From NCBI GenBank assembly GCA_905178155.1, contig CAJINV010000106.1, forward strand, positions 1 through 6,880: 6,880 nucleotides of DNA. Direction: 5' to 3'. Shown here one piece after another: positions 1-6,880 of the stretch (position 1 is the stretch's first letter; every line of letters begins with the position of its first letter). The notes beneath the pieces are model-generated. The model made no database searches. It was not told the origin of the DNA and saw only the letters and a list, made by a program, of their open reading frames with translations. A program made the position numbers and the translations under genes. The stretch comes from Amoebophrya sp. A120 (Eukaryota > Protista > Dinoflagellata).

Positions 1-335
1 AGTACCGCGACTGACTTCTTCCCTTTGCTTCTATTTCCTTTTCTGTCGCCCGACGAGGAAGAAGCTGCTCCCTTCCAGCGCAGCCACCACGGTTTTCGGT
101 GCTGCAAGTACATTTTGGGGAGCGCGCCGAGGAACTCCTGCTCGATCCGTTCGCGCACCAGCTCGCGAAAAAACAGGGACAGGGACTTGTGCAGCCCGTC
201 TTTGGTAGTGAGGGAAGACACATCCCCGTAGGCATTTGTCGTGACGGAGGCGGGAAGGAAGGCACAACGGTTGTTGCGACAATAAGCGGACACGTCCTCC
301 CGCCGCACGTAGACCCGGTGGACATCGTCGCGCAT
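1..335 (-). CDS. Hypothetical protein, 3'-truncated by the window edge (MRDDVHRVYVRREDVSAYCRNNRCAFLPASV...FFRELVRERIEQEFLGALPKMYLQHRKPWWLRWKG...)
   Basis: ATG at 335-333. The frame is stop-free for 111 codons to the window start and is absent from the ORF track because no stop falls inside the window. GC-rich, CpG-retaining codons with protein-like composition, preceded by a 45-bp AT-rich spacer. No family recognised. Confidence 0.65.
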   Translation of the reverse strand, partial: MRDDVHRVYVRREDVSAYCRNNRCAFLPASVTTNAYGDVSSLTTKDGLHKSLSLFFRELVRERIEQEFLGALPKMYLQHRKPWWLRWKGAASSSSGDRKGNRSKGKKSVAV

Positions 336-380
336 CTTCGTAAGTAATATCTTCTTCTTTGAAAATGAAAAGATGTTGTT

Positions 381-1061
381 CTACGTCTCGTCTGAAAACA
401 ACGTGAAGATGAAACTGCAGTTCTTGAAACCAAAGGCTGCTGCCCGTGGAGGTCTCATTTTAGCCACAATGATCCATGAAGTAGATGGTTCGTTGTTGAC
501 GACGACAGCCAGTGGGAGGTACCTAACCACTTTGTCCTTCACGATTCACGATTCATAATTCATCTCAATCTCTCGTTGGAACGATACGATTGTGTTTCGA
601 AATTTAGTTTTGCGACAGGTCGATCGAGGTCGAACTCGAAGATGCAAAGTTGTAGTATTATGTATGTATTATCCATGTGTTATCCCCGGAAGAGATACGA
701 TCAACTTCGCTTTCATCACAAGCCTTGCCCAACGACCAAACACAAACAGTTGTGGGGACGATGTAGTTCTTCTTCTTGCTTACGACGGGTACGAGGAAGA
801 TAAAAATGTGCACAACCACGCAAATCGATATCCACGAGTAGTAGTTGATGAACCAGAACCACGATAAGTACTTACAACTGAGAACAAAGTAGGCAGAACG
901 TGTTCTGCTGAGATGATCTCTATCTCGTGATCCACCTGCAAGGCTTCATACATTATACCGCTTATGTTCGAGCAAAAGGTTGAATCTTCATCTTCAGTAT
1001 CAGGCTGTTGAGGATGAGGAGGCATGTTGAGCACTACTAAAAGTTCACATTTGTTTTTCAT
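381..1061 (-). pseudogene. Decayed ~226-codon ORFan (MKNKCELLVVLNMPP...FKNCSFIFTLFSDET*)
   Basis: Track ORF 780..1064 continues in the same frame to TAG at 381-383, with only 3 internal stops (TAA 780, TAA 669, TGA 546). It is in frame with the 1-335 ORF, so the two could be one gene. The + frame 373..867 is a competing reading. Confidence 0.5.
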
Positions 1062-1075
1062 CAATTAAGATTCAG

Positions 1076-1285
1076 TCACAGGGTAGAAGTATCAACGTTC
1101 CGGGTCACTGCCACCGTGTGGTTCTCTCGTACTTCATCAAAATCATACAGGAAAGCTTCACGACCTTCATCTACCGCTATACTTATGCGACAAAGAGAAT
1201 ACATGTTTGTTTGCTTCGAAAATTTGACAACGTGGTTTACCAATCGAAACGATTTACAGTTCATCTGTCTCGGTCTGAAGTGCAT
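1076..1285 (-). CDS. Short hypothetical protein (69 aa), or a frameshifted 5' part of the 381-1061 gene
   Basis: ATG-started ORF (MHFRPRQMNCKSFRLVNHVVKFSK...) after an A-rich stretch. It ends 14 bp before the ATG at 1061, on the same strand as its neighbours. Confidence 0.35.
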   Translation of the reverse strand: MHFRPRQMNCKSFRLVNHVVKFSKQTNMYSLCRISIAVDEGREAFLYDFDEVRENHTVAVTRNVDTSTL

Positions 1286-1314
1286 TTCATTTTTTCCAAC
1301 GAACTTCTCGTTCG

Positions 1315-1911
1315 TTACTTTCGTCTTGTTGTCCTTGCAATTTCATAAATGTCATCATGAATTGTTGTTCCACGCACCGCTGCTCTGCTGTTATGAGAGT
1401 GCACAGCCCTCTTCCCCCTGTCCTTCATTTGCCATGCAAAGTGCAGCCAACGAGGAGCACTAGTACTACACTCGGCGGAGGAACTACAACTTATCGTTGT
1501 CTTCATGCACCATACTCTGTAGTATGTTCGCCCGTGGTTTTTCTATTGCTGTCCATGCCCTGCTTGAAATGGCAAGTGGTGGGGATGACCATGACCTGTG
1601 CACTGCCGTAGCTGTTGAATAAAGTTTCGAAACATGTCGTCGGACGCTCGTTATGGGCTCGTCAACGAAGTTTTTCACCACGTGCTCAACAACTGTTGCA
1701 TGTTTCGTTTCATACTTGATAGTACAACTTGCAATGCAAATGATCAATGACTAGGGAGTCGCGCAAAAACATGAGCGCAGGCTGTACTGCTGTGCAGCAT
1801 ATCAACATCTTGATACAACTGGATTTTTTCCTAGCAAGTTCATCCGCGCATGGCGTAGAAAACAAACCAGTCGACCGCGTCTACGTCGTGGTCGCACGGC
1901 ATCATCTTCAT
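1315..1911 (-). pseudogene. Decayed ~198-codon ORFan (MKMMPCDHDVDAVDWFVFYAMRG*TC*EKIQLYQDVDML...IHDDIYEIARTTRRK*)
   Basis: ATG at 1911-1909 is in frame with track ORF 1315..1506. There are 6 internal stops (1840, 1831, 1744, 1675, 1651, 1543). The frame of track ORF 1484..1747 competes, so the frame assignment is uncertain. Confidence 0.35.
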
Positions 1912-1971
1912 GACAATGGTCCTATTTTATTTTCGGTTGCAGATATAAAAAATTTGCCTATCAAGTCTTAG

Positions 1972-2630
1972 CTAGCAGTTGAGATAGTTGGTGAGAACAT
2001 GATCCCCTGAGGGCTGAGCTGCGGGTCATACGCTTGCAGCGAGGTTTTTCCTTGTTGGGCTGGTCATCTCGATGTACTTTTGGAGGCCCTTGTGCAGTTC
2101 CTTGTGCGAGGGCAGCCCATTGGGCGACCCGCCGTTTTCCGCATCCTCCAGGGCACTCTGTATGAAGCGCAACTGTGTAAGTAGTTTGGGTCTGGAAACT
2201 TGTGATGCCAATGTGCAGCTGATGAGCAACATCCAATTATACGGGCCCACGCATGAAGAGGAGCTTCTTCTAAGTGACTTGGGTAGTCAGGCTACCGAAG
2301 TGATCAAGCGCAAACCGCCTGACAAGGAGAAAGACAACGCGCATTTATCCATGACCAACACTTGGCACTGTAGGTGTAGCGCAATAACTCATGACAAACT
2401 TTTCTCTTGTAATGTCTTCTATCGTGTTGCAATCTTCCAGACCCAGACATATTTCTCTTCGCACTGGATACCCTGAAGACTGGCCTTATGGTGGAGAATG
2501 CTGTTCCGCCGGGGTTTACGAGTAGTATCACACGGAAAACAGCCGACATGTCATAAGTATTCTTTGCGTACGTATCTTTGAACATGTTGATGTTGTTCAT
2601 CTCTCGAGGTTCATCTATGATGTTTCACAT
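1972..2630 (-). pseudogene. Decayed, probably frameshifted ~220-codon ORFan
   Basis: Protein-like blocks occur in successive frames: M*NIIDEPREMNNINMFKDTYAKNTYDMSAVFRVILLVNPGG, then EICLGLEDCNTIEDITREKFVMSY...MRVVFLLVRRFALDHFG, then KLLTQLRFIQSALEDAENGG...HKGLQKYIEM...VLTNYLNC*. This needs about 2 frameshifts, placed by eye. Confidence 0.35.
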
Positions 2631-2700
2631 TTGTTTCTTTCGAATTTGCACAAAAAAGCGTTTAGAAGCTTTCTTACTTGTCCTAATTCTGCATGTTGTG

Positions 2701-3246
2701 CTACCTGTTTTCTCGGGGATAGTCCTTGCGCGCGACCATGATGTCAAGCCACAGCAGCTTATCCTGAGAAAAAACTGTCTCAACCTCCACTTGTAATGCG
2801 CAACTTCCTTGAGACAGTTTTTTGTCATGCTCGACGTGCAAGAAAGTCCTCTTCCATAGGTGTTTTCTCTTGATGTACCGACGCATCGCAGGTTTTCCGT
2901 GTGATGCTGAGCAACTGAATCTGCAAAGGAGGTTTGAGACTGAGACAGTTTTTCCTCACGATACAGGTCGTCGCTGTTTTGTAAAAGTGAGATAAAGCTC
3001 TATGCTATCAGTATCAGGCATAGTTGCACGATTCAATTGAGCACGTCGGTGGGACCTAAGCACATGACAGTTTCAGTTATGGTTGTTCCACAACTCTTGC
3101 ATCACAAGTAAAAGTTTTTCTTCTTTCGGTGAAGTAGACGGTTTACACGGTCATTGTTCTTATTTGGAGCTTGTTCTACTTGTTTTGGCAAACGTGAACT
3201 CGAACCGCACATACCATTTCAATTTCATTTCCATTTGCATATCCAT
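2701..3246 (-). pseudogene. Decayed ~181-codon ORFan (MDMQMEMKLKWYVRFEFTFAK...LLWLDIMVARKDYPRENR*)
   Basis: ATG at 3246-3244 is in frame with track ORF 2701..2886. There are 4 internal stops (TAA 3160, TGA 3151, TGA 3073, TGA 2956). Segments such as WYVRFEFTF, IELYLTF and LQVEVETVF show alternating beta-strand-like patterns. Confidence 0.5.
2760..2963. repeat. Three-copy inverted/direct repeat with core TGAGACAGTTTTT
   Basis: 2765-2783 (TGAGAAAAAACTGTCTCAA) and 2809-2827 (TTGAGACAGTTTTTTGTCA) are reverse complements at 18/19 positions with a 25-nt spacer. 2928-2963 matches the reverse complement of 2760-2788 with a 7-bp insertion and 2 mismatches. Confidence 0.85.
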
Positions 3247-3329
3247 ATGTTACCCTGATTTTTGTATAAATATCATGCGAAATAAAATGCAGCTTCTGAT
3301 AGCGATGCGAGCTTTTTAGGTATTCCATC

Positions 3330-6300
3330 TCATATGTTTTGCAGCCAGTACATTACAAAGTCTTCGAAACTGACTGTGTTAAAATCTTGCGGGTCGTGAT
3401 GGACAGCACCCGGAACAAGATTGTCGCTCCTTGTAGCGATGCCAGCAGATGAAGCCGCCAGAGGCGGTGAGGAAGACGGATGTTCTCCTCCTGCGCCGAG
3501 ACCTTTGTCCTGATGATGATGTTGATGTAATTCTTGTCCTCCAAGTCCAATTCTGGCGTAGCTCGCGTAGACGTTCTTCCGGTCTGCACTGTCGCCTTCG
3601 TGCTCCTGATACTGATTCGCATTCATCAGGTTCGTCTGTGGTTGCGCAGATGACGCGTTACGATCTTTATCTTCATTCCCTGGTGTCGTTATGTCGCCGC
3701 TTGCAGTTCTCATTCCAGCAATCAACGTGCAGCTGCTGGCCGCTCCATGATTAATATCCTTATCATGACCAACAGCTCTACTATTTGCATCTCTACTCCC
3801 GTCGTAAGATGTGCTGGCTCCTCCCGTCGTCCCGTAGTTGCTTCTGCTGCTGTTGATTAACGTCTCCGACGTACTGCTCTTCCCGTGATCATGATACGTT
3901 TGCGAGGACGAGGATGTTCCTCCTCCAGCTCCGGCCGGCGACGGCGACCGGCTCTGTCCGAATGCCCGGCCCGCCCCTGGCTGCTTGTATGCATTGCAAA
4001 AGGATCATCGCACTCTACGAGAAGAACAAAAAGTAGCTGTAGCAAAAAACGCATGATTACAGGTGTTCTAAGGATGGAAAGTCTTCATGCTGGATTGATT
4101 ACCTTAACCTTAGGAAGTGGATTTGTTTTTGTACAACATGCATATCTGGCACCATTAGTATGAGTTGTACGATACTTGTGCACAGGATAACCTGCCCCCG
4201 CCGACCAAAACGGCCCACATCGAGCATCCTGTGTAAAAACCGTACTTACTACCCCCGACTCCAGCGATGTCAACATGCAGATCTGGTATGATGTCCTCTG
4301 TGATGTTCTAAGTAGCACCAGCAAGTGGCTTTGTGTTCCAGCCACGCTTTATGCACGACTCACGACAATGTTCTAGAAGATCTAGATCTACATTTGTCGT
4401 GCGAAATGTTCAAAACTTGTGGATTTAGGATTTGCCATGCAGAAGTAGTCCCTTCGTGACAGTGAGGTAATATGGGTAGTAACATCGGGGCTTTTAACCA
4501 AGATATCGAGCGCAGCCGCGGCTCGGGGAGGTCGTAGTTTTCCTTGGATCGCGCCAGCTCATACATCAACCGCCGGAAATCTTCAAACCCGATGCAGTAT
4601 CAATTGAAAAATCATGCCTGGAGGTTCTGGCAAAATGCAGCAAGGCTCGTGGTTTATTTCGAGGCGCAGATCTGGCATGCCTTGCATCTTCACTACAGAA
4701 GGAATGCAGGGTCTTGCATCTTCAGCACAGCTTTTGAGAAACGTTCATTTTCTACTGATGATATGATGAATGCCTAATTAATAACCCGCATGACAAAAAA
4801 TCCTCTCCAATGCTGGTTGCGACAGAAAACAGGACACATTGACACGTTTTTGCTGCCGGTGCATCACAGCTTCTTGCGCCATCGATCTTCACGATCTACT
4901 TCTACAACAAAAACAATGCGCATAACAGTAAAGCTGCATTCTTCCAGAGGACATTATTTGCATTTGATATGCAGCCGTTGTGCTCCTTATCCAATTTCAG
5001 CCAGAAGTCCCGTGTTCTATGCAGTGCAAAATAAGCCGCATGAAAAATCGTACTCGTTGTAGTAGTAGAGATCGACGCAGGAGGTATGACAAAAATATCT
5101 TTTAAAAAGAATGCTGAATGTCGTCAAAGGAGGCATCAAGTCTGAATCTGTCATGCAAGATTAGACTGCAATAATTACACCGAGTGCGGTATTATTTATG
5201 GTATTCGCACCACTGGATATATGCGCTCCAAGTACAGCACGTCTGCTTCGGCCCGCTTCCCTTCCGCAAGCAGCGATCTTGTCAGTTGACGCAGGAACCG
5301 GTCGTAGCGCTTGGACCGGTCGATGGGACATCGCAAGAAAAAACTGCTTCACTGTAAACATGTGATGTATAGAGTTGAGCATCTTGCTACGCGTGTAGTA
5401 AGACATTGGGTTTTTGAGCGCGTTTATTTCCCTTAGGAAGCACACATCATGGCAAGTTTTCTTTCTTGTCATGTGTAGTAACACACTAGTGATGCGAAAC
5501 TTGCAAAAAAATCCTCGCTGTTATCGTGAAACACATTTTTTGTACGATACGGGAGGCCTCGGATTTATTTGTTGTTGCTCACCGGCAGGGAGTAGACCAA
5601 AACCCGTTCCTGCTTGACCAAAGAACTTCGCCGTGGTTGTAGTAGAACTGCTACTTCCTGGTTGATGTATGTAAGTTTGCTTCGTATAATCCCGCCCACT
5701 GATCACCCCGCCTTCTGTAGTTCCGCTTCCGGCACAGTTTGCGTGAGCGCCAATAGGTACTACTGGCACCGTTCCCCTGGAAGTGGTGGATCTCGGTGGT
5801 AGTTCCCCTTCCGCTTCCGACGCACTCACATATCCAAGTAGAAAAAAAACTGTGGTTGTGTGCGTCGTGTAGCTGTGTGTAGTTGCAGATCATGATCATG
5901 CGAGAGGGTCAGACTTGCCAGACCAGAGGACATCAACCAGGAGGACATCCTCGTCACTACTTCATGTGGAATTTCATGTGGTAGTGATCATGCATGGCTT
6001 CAACATGTGCTCGCCATGCATGACGTCCTACACGATCAGACGAGAAGAAAATCTGTTATGCAGGTTCCCGTAATAAAAGACAGTTTTTCACTTGCATATT
6101 ACATCGAAAAAATGCACCAAATGGTCCAAGTGGTCGCTGCTGCGTTGCGTGGTCGTAAAACCAGAAAAACAGCTATGAGAGCGCATAAGCTCTCCCCCTC
6201 TACGTCCTTCGTTTGCATCAACGAGACCAGCAAGAACAATACGGGCTAATGAAGGCAGCAAAAATAATGTAAGTAGGTTCTGCATGACAAGTTTTCATCG

Positions 6301-6544
6301 AACGATCAAGTGTTTTTCGGGTTTCCTGTGATGAAGGAAGCAAGGCAGTGCTGCTACACGGTGCCAGGAGAAGATGAAGAGCGAAGTTTTCGCACGGCAA
6401 AAAATAAAGGGCAGGTGTTGGGAGTTCTTGTGCACTGTGATAACAACCAACTAGGTTGCTCGCATCGAAATCCTCGGACAGGCTGGAGATGGAATCCTCA
6501 AAGAAACTGGACGAGTTCATGGAAGAGTTGCTGATCGGGCTCAT
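3330..6544 (-). pseudogene. Large (~1,070 codon) decayed Cys/His-rich protein, putative multi-zinc-finger DNA-binding protein (FAR1/MuDR/AFT-like, tentative)
   Basis: Track ORFs 6218..6544 and 5651..5899 share a frame. ORFs 5521..5829, 5161..5484 and 4360..4569 share a second frame. ORF 3330..3725 extends stop-free to 4004 and with 6 stops to ~4400. Frame switches fall at the A8 run 5842-5849 and near 4390-4410. Hand count is 26 internal stops versus roughly 55-60 expected for random sequence of ~45% GC. Confidence 0.65.
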
Positions 6545-6613
6545 TTATGAAATGCAAAACAAAGCATCGTTGTACTAGTATAAATCAAAATCATCGTTGT
6601 ACTGGTATAAATC
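6545..6613 (-). promoter_or_regulatory. Candidate promoter region of the large ORF
   Basis: AT-rich stretch directly upstream of the ATG at 6544. It contains the duplicated ATTTATAC motif (minus strand), and the start context reads TAAATG. Confidence 0.3.
6565..6613. repeat. 22-bp direct repeat, 2 copies, period 27
   Basis: CATCGTTGTACTAGTATAAATC (6565-6586) and CATCGTTGTACTGGTATAAATC (6592-6613), 21/22 identical. Confidence 0.95.
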
Positions 6614-6846
6614 GCATGACAAATTGGCTCAGCATTACAAATGTATATTTGCAGTGCGGACTAGGATTTACCTTGATCGTAATGCATGACTGCGATTAGT
6701 ACGAGAACGAGTGTGATACTTGTTTCGCCAGTTCATATCATTTGACTAGTCGCAAGCGTCTGCTGCTGATTTTTCGTCAGAATCACACCGGTCGGAGCAC
6801 ATCACACAGAAAAAAGCTGCCCGCAGGTTGTAAGTACTTGTATAAC

Positions 6847-6880
6847 AGATACAAAGATACAAAACTACACAAAAAAAAAA
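6847..6880 (+). repeat. A-rich low-complexity end: AGATACAA x2, then a terminal A10 run
   Basis: AGATACAA at 6847-6854 and 6855-6862, and AAAAAAAAAA at 6871-6880. Confidence 0.9.

Larger units (their letters stand above)
1..6613 (-). mobile_element. Putative segment of a methylation-eroded endogenous viral element or large cargo-bearing element
   Basis: Inference from the unidirectional, intron-free, very gene-dense ORFan layout and the apparent C->T decay. No capsid, polymerase, integrase or element ends are seen. Confidence 0.4.

Noticed and set aside
361-371. Mimivirus early promoter AAAATTGA (GAAAATGAAAA here)
   Set aside because: Imperfect match on the strand opposite the inferred genes, and not repeated in the other spacers.
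373-867. Plus-strand gene formed by track ORFs 373..558 and 592..867 with one internal stop
   Set aside because: It is the antisense frame that shares wobble positions with the 381-1061 minus frame, a common shadow ORF, and neighbouring genes are all on the minus strand. It cannot be fully excluded.
3950-4215. Canonical WRKY or NAC domain in the frame of track ORFs 4085..4345 and 3857..4054 (AGYPVHKY...RYACCTK)
   Set aside because: No WRKYGQK or NAC WKATG motif, and a different frame reads continuously into the stop-free 3330-4004 tail.
5070-5360. MULE transposase DDE core (QFFLAMSHRP...CMTDSDL...LFKRYFCHTSC resembles the TDxD...HxxC motif)
   Set aside because: No DxTYxxN-like first Asp motif, no CxxH, and wrong spacing between the blocks. 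Too weak to call a transposase. An HMM search against Pfam MULE would settle it.
25-6534. Remaining plus-strand track ORFs as real genes
   Set aside because: Short, overlapping, many with non-ATG starts, no recognisable motifs, and explained as antisense shadows of the minus-strand frames.
381-6544. Alternative genetic code with all three stops reassigned (Blastocrithidia/Condylostoma type), or U-to-C RNA editing restoring the frames
   Set aside because: Frameshifts are also needed, the CATG excess and Cys/His/Met enrichment point to DNA-level decay, most TGA contexts fit Arg better than Trp, and nothing looks organellar. It is not formally excluded without homolog alignments.
6565-6613. CRISPR array
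   Set aside because: Only two 22-bp copies with a 5-bp spacer, and no cas genes.
2390-6625. Recurrent CATGACAA(A) motif (e.g. 2390, 4789, 6283, 6615) as a dispersed regulatory site
   Set aside because: Mostly inside inferred coding frames and explainable by the CATG excess plus frequent A-runs. No positional pattern.
1-6880. Polyadenylated RNA virus genome or retrotransposon
   Set aside because: No long + strand ORF, and no RdRp (GDD in proper motif context), reverse transcriptase (YxDD), integrase or gag zinc-knuckle motifs were recognised. No LTRs.

Overview
No intact, recognisable gene family, RNA gene, CRISPR array or transposon ends could be identified. The short ORFs in the track are mostly fragments of longer minus-strand frames. 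Hand translation through internal stops gives a compact, intron-free, head-to-tail array of about 7 minus-strand genes with 14-83 bp spacers. The largest is a ~1,070-codon pseudogene (6544->3330, ~26 premature stops, 2 frameshifts) with several Cys/His segments that resemble, by eye only, FAR1/MuDR/AFT (WRKY-GCM1 superfamily) DNA-binding zinc fingers. Five decayed or short ORFans follow, then an intact ORF that runs off the left edge. An excess of CATG and a CTG->CTA difference between two copies of a 22-bp repeat suggest erosion by 5mC deamination in CG and CHG contexts. The best working model is a methylation-silenced endogenous viral element or large cargo-carrying mobile element in a eukaryotic, possibly plant, genome. 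No viral hallmark gene is present, so the origin is an inference. The window ends in an A10 run on the + strand, antisense to the genes.
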